A stretch of DNA of 64,000 nt. It comes from Lama guanicoe. Its lineage: Eukaryota. This document shows, one piece after another, positions 1-11,988 of this stretch (position 1 is the first letter of the stretch; the number at the start of each line of letters is the position of its first letter). A program made the position numbers and the translations under genes. The DNA lies in the NCBI GenBank assembly GCA_013239625.1, contig MU053652.1:4517902-4581901 (forward strand), given 5' to 3'. The notes under the pieces are model-generated. The model was not told where the DNA came from. It was given only the letters and a program-made list of their open reading frames with translations, and did not search any database.

Positions 1-68
1 ATGGTGGTTGTGGCCACCTGGATCATTGGTGTTGGCGTCTCCATCCCACCGTTCTTTGGCTGGAGCCG
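1..68 (+). CDS. OPN1SW: Short-wave-sensitive cone opsin, exon 2 (3' part; gene begins upstream of window)
   Basis: Frame 1 reads MVVVATWIIGVGVSIPPFFGWSR (opsin TM4 end, PPFFGWSR motif); donor CG|GTGAGA at 69. Confidence 0.96.
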
Positions 69-395
69 GTGAGAGTGCGGGGCAGTTGTGCTAACTTAGC
101 TAGAAGCTCAGGTTGTGAGGGTGGGAAGAGAGTTGGGTCTAGTCTTTGACCTCTGATTTTTAAAGAGCTGGTGGGACAGACAAGGGAAAGGAATGTGGGA
201 AACAAGGGCTAAAGTTTACTCTGCAGTTGGAATTGCTAAAAGCTCGCTAGTGAGGACAGAAAATACTCCCTGCATGAAGTCACTCCAGGTTCTTAGTGGA
301 GAACACAATCCAGGAACCTCCACTCCCGTTCCTCTAATTCTTGCAGTGAGCCTCGCAATGAGCCTCGCAATGAGCAAGCACCTGGTCCCTTGCAG

Positions 396-561
396 GTACC
401 TGCCTGAGGGCCTGCAGTGTTCCTGTGGTCCCGACTGGTACACCGTGGGCACCAAATACTACAGCGAGTACTATACCTGGTTCCTCTTCATCTTCTGCTA
501 CATTGTGCCTCTCTCTCTCATCTGCTTCTCCTACTCTCAGCTGCTGGGGGCCCTCAGAGCT
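396..561 (+). CDS. OPN1SW: SWS1 opsin exon 3 (166 nt)
   Basis: Acceptor tgcag|G; (R)[55 protein letters not shown]; donor GCT|GTGAGT; phases match the neighbouring exons. Confidence 0.98.
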
Positions 562-979
562 GTGAGTGGCTTTTGTGAGGGTCAGGGAAGAAGGGGTCAG
601 AGGGCTCTAGGTGACAGGGAAGAGTGGGTGAGTGCTCTAGCACATCAAACATCTGGAAATGTCCTTGGCCAGGTAGAGGGGTATCAAAAAGCAGTGAAGG
701 AAGTGGGGACAGGGAGATGATGAAACAGAATGAAGAATACGGTGGAGTCATCCCTGCTCGGGTCTGTCGAGAGATGCATGGGTTGTCTTCCAATGTCACA
801 GATCAGAGAGCTGCCTCCATCTTGCCTTCCTCAAGGAATGGGAGCCAGAGGGACTAGGCCAGAAGCTGGGACAGAGGAGAGACAATTAGAGCAGATAGCC
901 CCTGGTAGAAAAGGGTCCAGGGATCTGGGAGATCAGGACCAGGGAGAAGAGGGTGCGATGTTTTCTGTGCTCTTCTCAG

Positions 980-1219
980 GTTGCAGCTCAACAGCAGGAG
1001 TCAGCGTCGACCCAGAAGGCTGAGCGGGAGGTGAGCCACATGGTGGTAATGATGGTGGGATCCTTTTGTCTCTGCTACACGCCATACGCTGCCCTGGCCA
1101 TGTATATAGTCAACAACCGTAACCATGGGGTGGACTTACGGCTAGTCACCATCCCTGCCTTCTTCTCCAAGAGTGCTTGCGTCTACAATCCCATCATCTA
1201 CTGCTTCATGAATAAGCAG
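980..1219 (+). CDS. OPN1SW: SWS1 opsin exon 4 (240 nt), includes the retinal-binding Lys (FFSKSA) and NPIIY
   Basis: Acceptor ctcag|[26 protein letters not shown]...[20 protein letters not shown]; donor CAG|GTAAAG. Confidence 0.98.
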
Positions 1220-2215
1220 GTAAAGCTCTCTGTTTACATTCCTCCGAGACCCTGGCCCATGAGTACTGGTTCTTCCAACAATGACTTTTAATTCAGAGCA
1301 TCTTGGACTCTACTCAGAGGCTTTCTAGTGGTGAACAGGGGAAACCATGCAAATCTTTAGTTGGCTGGAAAGCACTTCGTAAGTAAGCACAGGGGTGAAG
1401 GTGTGGTCATTAAGACAAGATCACAGAACCCAGGGAAGACAACTTGAGCCACAAAAATCAAGTTGCTCTAAAGGGCAGGAGGAGAAGTGAAAAGACTGTT
1501 TCATTGAAAAAACTGATAGACTGACAATTCCCCTAAATAAATAGTCCTTCCATTTCATGAGTTCTTAATCCTTTTCAACTTCTAGGCTGCAGGAGCATTT
1601 ATGTAAAGCACAGAAATCACAGCACATGCATAAATTTCTAAAACAGCTTATCATCTGAAGGTACCAGGTGGCCTCCTGTCCCAAATTCTGAATCTAATAA
1701 CTCAAACTCAGATGAGTCTAGGAGGGTTCCTGTCTTATAGGGCAAACACTCTGCTTTGAGAATTGTTACTTTGTTTCCTCAACTCCAGAGATGGATTAAA
1801 AATGAACGTGAAACCTCCTGGAGAGAAAGAATTGGCAGTCCTTTCCCAGTTGGGAGCATCTTCTAGTAATGGTGAAGTGGGTGGGCAGGGCCATTCTGGG
1901 GCCACTTTTGACAGTGCTCTTGTGAGGCAGTCTGGTTCATGAGGTTTCTGAACAGTGGGGTCTCAGAGTTAGCCAGAATGTGTAGGGATTATTGTAGACC
2001 CAGGGGTAGCAAGTAGCCTTAGCCTGGTATATAGCTAGCTCTCAGGATTGAGATGATATATTCAAAACTACTTGAGGAGATGCTGGGTATAAGGCATTTG
2101 GGGGAAGCTTTGGTGACACAAAGAATGTGATCTTTCTTCCCCCACGCTTCCTGATGTTATCTCCTCTGTACTGGTCTGCCCAGGGGACTATCTGCAATTC
2201 TGCTCTTTCCTTCAG

Positions 2216-2335
2216 TTCCGAGCTTGCATCATGGAGATGGTGTGTGGAAAGTCCATGACAGATGAGTCTGACATGTCCAGTTCCCAGAAAACGGAAGTGT
2301 CTACTGTCTCTTCCAGCCAAGTTGGCCCCAACTAA
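2216..2335 (+). CDS. OPN1SW: SWS1 opsin exon 5 (terminal coding part)
   Basis: Acceptor ttccttcag|TTC; FRACIMEMVCGKSMTDESDMSSSQKTEVSTVSSSQVGPN then TAA at 2333-2335. Confidence 0.98.
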   Translation, partial: FRACIMEMVCGKSMTDESDMSSSQKTEVSTVSSSQVGPN

Positions 2336-2713
2336 GGAGCCACACTGGCCTATTTGCAGCAGCTAGGATTTTACATTTAAGGAAATTTCTGTTTTCTCTG
2401 TCAAACCAAACTACAAACAACACAGAAAAAGGGAAGGGGAGTGATAGTCATCTGGGGCATCAATTTTCCATTTTCCTACTATTTCCTTCCTACTTACACA
2501 AAGCTACTGTTCCAACTGGGTCTGCGCCAGACCACCCCAAAGGCCACTTCAACAATCATCAGTTTCTGCTCTTCAGTGGCAGTCTACAGCACTTGGAGAA
2601 CAAGTATCGAAATACAATGCAACTATGGCTAATTTTTCATTGTATGGACAGTTATTTTCCTTATTAACATTTTTTTCCTACTGAAGAATCTGTTCAGAGA
2701 TGATACAAATTAC

Positions 2714-2719
2714 AATAAA
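2714..2719 (+). terminator. First AATAAA downstream of the OPN1SW stop (candidate poly(A) signal)
   Basis: AATAAA at 2714-2719; further hexamers near 2750-2765, 3094 and 3394. Usage is unknown. Confidence 0.45.
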
Positions 2720-3432
2720 CTTTTGAAAACACCTCAGAAATGGGAGACATTAAAAAAATAAAATAAGCCTTTTAGTAGGTCCCAATTATGTGTTTGAAAG
2801 AACTTTCTTATTCTCTGCCAGCAGTTGCTATAGCTTTGGCAGGGACAGCCATGGCCATAAACTCCCGAGCCAGCATGAATTATTCCAGGTGCTTCCTTTC
2901 CACCAACCTCCTATTTGACTAAACCTATACATCTGTCTTAAGCTGTGTATTTACTAAAGTTAATAGTTTAGTTCCTGTTATGTTCTCAAAATGAATTTGC
3001 ACATCTTAATACCATTTATAAACTATACAAAAACGTGCAAAAAAACTGTTTTACTTTATACTTCCCCAGCCACCCCATGAAGAGCCTTTTTGAAATAAAA
3101 ATCAAGATAAATGTGTGTACATTCAGAAATGGCTTGTGTTTGGCATCAGACAATCATGTAATGAGCAGCTGGGTCCTCTCCACTTATATGGCCTAAGGGA
3201 AGCAGAGAAGGGTTATAGCTGTAATGAGAAGGATGCTAGAAGATTTCAGGAATAGAAGAAAAGAGTAACCAATTTGGGAGAAAGTAGTAATTTCTCTGGG
3301 TTGGGGACGAGGTATGGTAAACCTGCGAGAGCTCTTTTCCTGGGACACTTTATAGCACCAATAATTCTAAGCAAGAGTACCATTTCTTAAGAAAATAAAG
3401 GACATACATACTCCACAATGAATGTAAACAGT

Positions 3433-3438
3433 TTTATT
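3433..3438 (-). terminator. CALU: CALU poly(A) signal (AATAAA on minus strand)
   Basis: Minus strand reads ...TCTAAATAAAACTGTTTACATTCA, matching my recollection of the calumenin mRNA end; cleavage expected near 3415-3420. Confidence 0.75.
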
Positions 3439-3842
3439 TAGAAACAGATAAGGTACCTGTTTGCATTATAGAATATAAAACTGGGTTTACACTCTATAAA
3501 AAATAACCAGTATTCAAATTCAAGAGAGCTAGCATTCACAGAACACACAGTGTGGGTGTGTAGCTACTGTTCACCAGCCTCAGGCTTGATTTTAACCAAA
3601 AAAAAAAAAAAAAATTGTCCAGGGGAATCATTAGAGATTAGAGTACAATGCTTACTGATGAGCACCCAGCATCCAGAAGTTGCTGTCTTAGCAGATGAAG
3701 GTTTGCTTTCTAAGTGCGTGACTTTAAAATAAGGCCTGGGTTCTCTGTACCTAGTGAGCTGCAAGGCTCTCTTGCCACACAATTCAGGATGTGCCCTCTC
3801 TAAGCCAGGGTTGGTGGCATTATTAATTATCTCTGGTCTTCT

Positions 3843-3940
3843 ATGTTTTCATTTTTTTTGTTAGTGGAAGTACTGGGGATTGAACCCAGGACCTTGTGCA
3901 TGCTAAGCACATGCCCTACCACTAAGCTATACCCTCCCCA
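3843..3940 (-). mobile_element. tRNA-Ala-derived camelid SINE (vic-1-like) inside the CALU 3'UTR
   Basis: Minus strand GGGGAGGGTATAGCTTAGTGGTAGGGCATGTGCTTAGCATGCACAAGGTCCTGGGTTCAATCCCCAGTACTTCC plus A tail; 12-bp TSD CTCTGGTCTTCT at 3831-3842 and 3941-3952. Confidence 0.9.
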
Positions 3941-5843
3941 CTCTGGTCTTCTTAACAATAAAAGTGGGAAATCTGGAAGGCAGAGAATTTCTATTCCCTT
4001 GTATCAGGGTTAAAAGAGTGTATCCACTCTCAAGAGCTTGATGCAAAGACTGGGGTGAAGTTACACGATATCTGGCTTTTTACCAGGCCAAGCAGCCCAC
4101 CTCAACATGATTCTGGAAGACCAAAGGATACACCTAGGTTCAGATTATAATAATCACCCAGCACCACCTGAATGAATTATCCAGAAAGATATATGAAATA
4201 ATAAAGGTTAGAGATATATATATATATACATATTTATCTTAGTAACCTGAGGGCTAAAAATTTAGAATATAACAATTCTTCTCAAAAGAGGTCCATCTGT
4301 ATGAAAGGGACCAAAAAAGTCAGTTTCCTGTTACGTAAAATACAGGTAAAGTGAGTTGGGTACAGAAGATGGTTTCTTCAGCTCGTTTTATGTCCCTCTC
4401 TTTGATAAGGACTGGCAATCTGTTGATCCATGATAAACTTTTTTTTGGCCGTGGGGAGGAGAGATGGGGACATAGGGAGTGATGGGTCAAAGGCAGGAAG
4501 GGTGAGCAATGGTCCTCAAACCAAAGAGCCCTTTCATCTTTGAGTCTTAGCTCAAGCTCTCTAGCTGACACAGAAACAGGCCTGGTAGTAAGTGGTTAGC
4601 ATTCTGAGGTATGAGGATCCCTGGTAAATTCAGCAGCATGTGGTTTTTGGAAACCAGCCCACAAGATAAGAACACTGCAACCAAGCCTCTAACTAATACT
4701 GCTATTTAACCACCGTTCAAAAGAGAAAGGGAAGAAAAAAAATCCCCACTACACCGGGAGGTTCTAAGCTTTCATTTAAGGTGGTCCAAATAATCTTTTC
4801 TTTATTTTATCTTAGGGTTTCTTAAGAGAATCCTCATCCAGTGATCATTTCTCTAGTTAAAGGCACTTTCAATGACATGATTGGAAAGGAGTACATTTTA
4901 ACTGCAGTGAAAGCAAGATCAATTCCTTGGAACACCTGGGGAAATAGGAGCTGAATGGGGAACTTACAGTGATTGAATAGGCAAGACAGTCTTGAGCACT
5001 CCAACAGATGCTCACCCAGAAAAGTGTGTGCCCTGACAACACTTGTATTTTTCCTTTAGTTTTCCAGCTGTTTCTATGTATAGCTCTGTAAGGAGATCAT
5101 GCTCACTACTTGATTGATTTTCAAGACACTGGCCCCACTCTTCCCACCACAGCTGTGCTTGACAAAATTAGCAAACAGCTAGTCCTGCAGGAAAGGGGGA
5201 AAAATAAAAAAGAATGAATGAAATCAAATTGAGTCAAGCTTTCTTACAGCACAGGGCTCTGTCCTTGCCGAGGTACCACCAGAATCAGCTGCTGGACCTT
5301 GAGCAACTGAACAGAGTATGTGGCCCATACTACTTATGAAACATACTTTTCAAACGACAAGTTCAAGTGTTCTCTCTCTAAATATATATCGTGGGGAACA
5401 ATTCTTCCCTTTTCTTTCTTCTGAACATTTCTTATTGATCTCAGGCTTAAAAATTAAGTCAGAATTATAAAAATCATATGATAAGGGTTGAGAAAGAGTG
5501 AAGGGCTAATGTTTGCCTACAAAGTGTGAGTTGAGGATCTTGATCCTTCATATCATACTCCCAACCAGAGAACAAATACAAAAATAAACACACATGTTAT
5601 ACATAATACAAAGTGTAAATCTACAAACACAAGTGTACTAATTAGAGTTGTTCCTCAGAAGCATGGTTTCCCTCCGGTCCCTCAGAGAGGAGGAGGAATG
5701 GGGACGGGATCATTTTTGTTACAGCTTTTCATGTCTTAAAAAGTTTGTAATAACAGTCTCAGTAGCGCAAACAATTTCACGTGAAACCAGAAGCTGTAAA
5801 AATAAATTACTTTCGAAGAAACGTGGGTTCCTATGTCTGCAGC

Positions 5844-5948
5844 TCAGAACTCATCATGCCGTACTAAGGCCTCACCAAAATCTGTGGCCTGGCTGCCCAC
5901 AAATAAATCATACTTATCAACAATCTCCTCCTTGGTAAGCTTGCCATC
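5844..5948 (-). CDS. CALU: Calumenin last coding exon (C-terminal HDEF)
   Basis: cag|GAT GGC AAG...: [34 protein letters not shown] then TGA. Confidence 0.98.
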   Translation of the reverse strand, partial: DGKLTKEEIVDKYDLFVGSQATDFGEALVRHDEF

Positions 5949-7153
5949 CTGAAATTAGAGAGAATATTGAATTGAGGCAAAATATATTTCAAATTTAGAA
6001 ACACTGCTATAGTATAGTAGGGGTTAGTGAAGATTTAAGATTCAAATTCCCACTAAATCAATGTGAACTCAATCCTCACTGCCCTCTGCCCCACCCTCCT
6101 GCCACACACACACAGAGGAAAGAAAATAGCAATTGATACATTTTTCTTATTAAGAAATTTAAAAGTGGAAGGATGGCAATGATATAGTTCAATAACTCAG
6201 TGCTAGGGATACGGGTTTGTTTCCTGAGGAGAAAACTCCCTTTCGAGCAAAATATGGGTCCTCCCCTAGATATGGGTAAATAAGAGGCAAGGAGAGCCTG
6301 GTAAAATACTTCAAAGTGACTCGAGTCATTGTCTAAGAGGACAATGATATCTGCTAATATCAAGCACCCCCACTATGCCCTAGCCACCAGTCAGATCCCA
6401 GACACAATCCCAAACAAAGGCTCAGACACTTAATTCAAGGATTATCTAGGCCAGATTCCCAAGGGATGACTACCTGCGTTTCCCTTTCTCACATTATCCC
6501 AGGACACAGCACCTGGCTACTGAAGTGACTGAGCAAAACTCAAAACAGATTGACCCTTAAAAAGGCTCAATGATAAGAAACTGCATGAAAACCAAAGATT
6601 AACCTAAATAAAATGGACAGCATTCAAATCTCTGAAAAAATTGACAGGGCTCAGTGATAACACCATTCTTAATGAACCGAATCCCTCAGATAACTGATCA
6701 AGGGTAGTTTTAACAGGCTTCAGAGAACCCATTACAAAGGACTTAATTTTAAAAAGCATATTTGATTTAAGAAGAAAATAATCAGCTTTGAGTAGCAAAA
6801 TGAGCCTGTACTAGATAAAGAACAAAGGACATAACAACAACAAAAAAGCAAAGAAAATTTCTTGGGGTTCCAGAGATAGCAGATGATGCATGCTAGGCAC
6901 AGGCTATGTCCAGAGGCTCTTTTCTGAGGCCTAAATCCATCCAATGCTGTGGACACTGGGCAAAGGGATTTCTAAAATGAGATCAGCGAGCTAGTGCTGT
7001 CCTTTAAGTGTTCAATCTCCAACTTTAGATCCACAACAGATTTAGACTAATTAAGACCTTAAATGCTCTATGTACCTCAACAGAAATTTTTTAGGCAATC
7101 CCCTTGAAAAAGACTTTGATTGCTGCAGGTTGTTTGGCTCTGGCCAGACTTAC

Positions 7154-7353
7154 CTTGTTTTGGTCTGATTCATAGACTAGGTGCCTGGCTTCTGCCTCTG
7201 CATGATCATAGTCTGAGGGGAGGATCCAGTCTTTGGTCTCTTCCTTATCCATCTTCCCATCACGGTTCTTATCTCGAAACTCAACAAATTGTTCTCTCTC
7301 TGTCTTTACCCATTCTGGCTCATCAGCATTTCCATCATGGCTGTACATGTCAC
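7154..7353 (-). CDS. CALU: Calumenin exon 6 (200 nt)
   Basis: (G)[66 protein letters not shown]; acceptor cag|, donor |GTAAGT. Confidence 0.98.
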
Positions 7354-8086
7354 CTGTGTGAACAGACATACATACAAAAATGGGTTTGTCTTTTCCCAAA
7401 GACTGCCCAGGCAAATCTGGCCTGACCCTTCTTCCTCACTTATCTGTTTGGAACCTAATAGCAGTTAAAAGGGTACTTTAGGTCAGAGAGACCTTAAGAA
7501 GCAAGGTATGTTCCTGAGGCTTAATAATTATTGATTTTGCAACAAGAATATTTCTAGTTGTTGGTCTTGAGTGATATGAGAGCAAAGAGAATCCTTTAAA
7601 AAATGCAGAAACAGAGGGAGATGACTAGCATCAAGAAAGGTAAAGACTAGCTTTCATAAGACAGCTGTTTCCTACATTCCATTTCACTGCAAGGCAGCTA
7701 ATTAACCTGACCACTGGTTTTAGAAAGGTGCTGTTTTAAAACCTCAAGAAAACTTGAGGGGTGTTATAAGTCAAAATGTGTACCAGCCAATTACTGTATA
7801 TATTCTAGAATATATCTCTTAAAATGATGGGCATTTTCTTATAGAACCATAATGCCATTATCACATTTTATAAAATCAACGTTTTGATACTAACATCCTG
7901 TCCAAATCTGAATTTCCTAATTATCTTTTAAAGTCTATTTTTTCAAATCACCTGTATGAATAAATGGCAGGTAAGAAATTGCTATGGTATTTAAATTTTA
8001 TTAGATTTATTTAAAAGTCAATGTTTACAACTAACAGAGATTACTCTTTACAACTATGTAAACTTCTATTTAAAAAAATTTAAAAC

Positions 8087-8490
8087 TTTTTTATTGATTT
8101 ATAATCATTTTACAATGTTGTGTCAAATTCCAGTGTAGAGCACAATTTTTCAGTTATACATGAACATACATATATTCATTGTCACATTTTTTTCTCTGTG
8201 AGCTACCATAAGATCTTTTATATATTTCCCTGTGCTATACAGTATTAGCTTGTCTATCTATTCTACAATTTTGAAATCCCAGTCTATCTCTTCCCACCCC
8301 CAGCCCCCTTGGCAATCACAAGTTTATATTCTATGTCTGTGAGTCTATTTCTGTTTTGTATTTATGCTTTGTTTGTTTGTTTTTTTTTAGATTCCACATA
8401 TGAGTGATCTCATATGGTATTTCTCTTTCTCTTTCTGGCTTACTTCACTTAGAATAACATTCTCCAGGAGCATCCTCGTTGCTGCAAATG
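8087..8490 (-). mobile_element. Young 5'-truncated L1 (3' end)
   Basis: Poly-T head followed by L1 3'UTR and ORF2-end sequence; closely similar to the copy at ~45800-46230. Confidence 0.8.
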
Positions 8491-8709
8491 TATTTAAATA
8501 TTTTAGATGTCAACGTTAAAATGTGTAAGGTAATAAATACTGTTTGTCAAAATTCTTTTAGGAATTTTGCAAGTGAAAGTCTGAAGACTCCTAAAGACTC
8601 CTAAATAATACTATACTGAAATAAGTTTACATGCATTTTATGTAAGGTATGGGAACACATCTAATAAAAGACTACAATAGTTATTTATTTGTGATAAAGG
8701 TAATTCGTA

Positions 8710-9085
8710 TGTTGGGACCCACGAAATGCAGGCTGCCCCTGTGGCCTGGCCGGTGCCACAAATGTAAACCTAAATCAGCCTGCACTTAGAGAAAACACCT
8801 CACTGCCAAAGAAACTGAACATACACACACAGATCACAATCCTCCAGCTCAGCTTTAGTCAGCTGACTTTACTCTAGAAAAGAACTGCTATCCTTATGAA
8901 GGAAATCCCTGACCTACTAGCCAGTCATGCCCTGCATCTGAGTTGCTCATCTAATGCTCTATAAGACCTTGCCCAAAATCCCTCAGGAAAAGTGCTCTAC
9001 TGCTTGTGAGGTACTTTACTCCCCCAGTCCCTGGATTGATTTCCCCTGAATAAAGGACATCAAACTTTCATTTTCCTGAACTTGA
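8710..9085 (+). mobile_element. Probable solo LTR (ERV-like) in a CALU intron
   Basis: Begins TGTTGGG; TATA-like TATAAG near 8960 and AATAAA at 9049-9054 in U3-R order; GC-richer than the flanks; 3' end and TSD not resolved. Confidence 0.45.
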
Positions 9086-11009
9086 GAATTAAGAGTAGAA
9101 CTACTCCTTCTGTCTTAAACACAAATTAGCAGTTTTCAGAGCAGGACTTGCCAACTTTTCCCCCCATGCTACAGCCCATTCAGAAGACACAGTATTTGTA
9201 GGATCCAAAGGACCAGCACCTTGCCTAGCTGTCCTGTCCCGGAGACCTTTCACAGTATGTAGATTGGGAAGTTCTGAATTAGAAAAGGAATAAAAGTTTT
9301 AAAAGACATACTTTTAATAGAAACTAGAATATACAACATAATATAAGTGCATCTTAAAGCTGAAGAGTAAAGAACAATACTATTTAATTCTCCATTTAAA
9401 AAAATTTGATCTATATTATATTAAGGAATTATTTTTTGAGATTATATTAAAAAAATTTAGAGCTACGTATGTACCTTAAGAGATTTAAAACCAAATGTTT
9501 ACAGAGGAAATGAGATGATGATTGCGATTTACTTCAAAATAATAAAGTAGGTAAGAAGTGGACGTGGATTTGAAAGGACTGGCCATGAGTTGATGGCTGC
9601 TGGGGATGGGCGCAAGTACAAGGGGATTTATTACACTATTCTATTTAATTGTGTGTATGCTTGCAATGCTCTCTAATACACTTAAAGGGTTCAACAGTGT
9701 AATTCTGGGGACATATTAATGTTAAATGTAAAAGAGACAAAGACCATTTGTTTCTTTTTCCTCTCTCTCAACAGGGTAGAAACTAGTACACCCCTAGAAA
9801 CTGGAAAATACCATTTGGGAGACTTTTAGCTTTACGAAGCCCAGCACCCCAGATGTCAACACACACACAGTTGATAGTTTTAGTAGCTTTAAGATACAAT
9901 TCCTCCCTTGGATCTGTATGATGGAGAGGGAGACAGAAATGTCTCCTTATTTGGCCTCAATGCTTGATAAATAATGGTACTTAACAGTTATAAAACATAA
10001 TTCCTCCCCTCAGGAAGTTCAATTGAGTTCCTCACAGTTTTAGCAATGGTGACAATATGGCAAAAAAACAAGAATTAAAAGATAAAATATTTAAAAATAG
10101 AAAAAGTCAGTTTTGAAATGAGCTCAGTAAATGCACCCAGGCATTTATTTCCACTGTGTTGATGAACTCCACTAAAAAAAAATCATTTTGGAAAAAAATT
10201 CTATCTTCCATTGCTTACCCCTCTTTCTCTAAAACTCAAAGTACATCATTGCGTCTTAGAAGAAAAGAGTAATCAAGGAATAATTCAACTGAAATAACTC
10301 TAGAAAATAAATAGCAGACAAAATCTAAGTAAAGGAGTGACTTGTTCAATACACTGAAGTGACATACAGGGATAGAGGTCAGGCTCAGGTCTTCCTTTTA
10401 CACTTAAACATTTCAGGTAAAGATCAGAGGTCTAAAAACAGTTTTATGAAACACAAAACCAGTGATGCACCAAAATTAAGTTACTATAAGTAAAAATAAG
10501 AATGTGAAATATAAAATTATCTAGTATTTTTCATTCCAAAATGGAATGACATTTCTAACAGAGACATCTGTAGTATCTTCCAACTCTTCTCCTTTACTTA
10601 TGTTAATTTTCATCACATTAATTATGAAATAATTTGCTCAAATATTTGGTAAGAGAGGGAGCTTTTAAAACAATGGGAAAAAATCTTAAAATTATTTTGA
10701 GGATAATAAAAATAGCTTTACTTGGGAGAAATCAGCCTTGGGAGAAATTAGGTGTAGCATCTCAAATAAACAGACAACTAAAAGGAAAAATGGCAGAAAG
10801 GAGCAACTTAAAAAAAAAAGGAAACTAGTGAGAGAATCTGGACAGAAAATACAAACAGAATACAGTGAAAAGGAAAGACTATAAAAGGAATCAGCAACTC
10901 CGGATTGCTTGTTCACCTGTCTCTTTTATTTTATTCCCTAGTTTCCTAACGTCAGTCAAGGTTCCCTGCAACTTTTTTTTCTTTAAATGTTCATTACTTT
11001 AATTTTTAA

Positions 11010-11100
11010 AGGACATTGTGCTGTACACCAGAGATCGTCACACTGTAACTGACTATACTTCAATTAAAAAATAAAAATAAAACAAAGTAAGAAATAAAAA
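11010..11100 (+). mobile_element. Short L1 3'-tail fragment
   Basis: GGACATTGTGCTGTACACCAGA...TGTAACTGACTATACTTCAAT plus A tail; same family as 22925-23095 and 46440-46599. Confidence 0.7.
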
Positions 11101-11988
11101 CGTACACAGGAGAAGCCATGTTTTACACAGGAATACACACATTAACAAAGCATTTCCTAGTTTTCCAAAACTCTATTTTATCAGTCTGAAATTTATAAAT
11201 TAAACATATCAGAACCTTTTAAGTTAAAATAAAGTCCCGGAAACTACTGGATATGCTAGACTTTTCTCAAGATCAAATGAGCAGAGAATGTGAATATGGT
11301 TTGTGTTAAATAAGGTTTATTGTTAGCTTTATTGCTTATAGTCTGTAAGATGCAACTTTATTGTGCCTTTGCAAACAGGATACATTTCTTAAAAAACTGA
11401 TCAAAACTTTCCATACATACATATGCAACACTATTGTTACATAACTATAGAAATACTATAGAACCGAAGAGCACAGGGTAAGCAAAAGAAATACAATCCT
11501 GAGACATCTGAACAAGATGATTTGATGAATCCTTTTAGTGTGAGTTTAGAAAACATGAAGTGGGGGGAAAACACATGCACACTGCAGCAAAATACATCAT
11601 GAGCAAAATACATTAAATACCTGTTCTTCTGTTAGATAGTTAGGGGTAAATGGTGAATTTCAGACACACACACACTCACTCAAGCTCCGGTTTTCTTCTG
11701 CTTCCCTCCCATCCCCAATACATTCACTTCCACCCCTTTCCAAAAGATCAGGCACTAAGTCCTAGTGAGCCTCACATTTGCCTTGCTAGAGAACATTTAA
11801 GTGACTGCTAAAATAAGAGTGCTGGTCCTCAACCATAACATGAAACAAAGCATGTGCTATAAGCCAATTCCAGCTGCTTCTGCCTCTGGAAGTAAATAAA
11901 GTATATGCTCACAAGAGTTTAAAACTGTAGAGGGAATCCCTGCAACTCTTTACTGTCAATTCCACGGGGCATCTGGGATGTACTCTAT

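Larger units (their letters stand above)
3417..5843 (-). other. CALU: CALU 3' UTR (~2.4 kb)
   Basis: Lies between the stop (5844-5846) and the minus-strand AATAAA at 3438-3433. Confidence 0.75.

Noticed and set aside
193..720. 175-aa ORF containing opsin sequence
   Set aside because: It is OPN1SW exon 3 plus read-through into flanking introns; splice sites define the true exon at 396-561.
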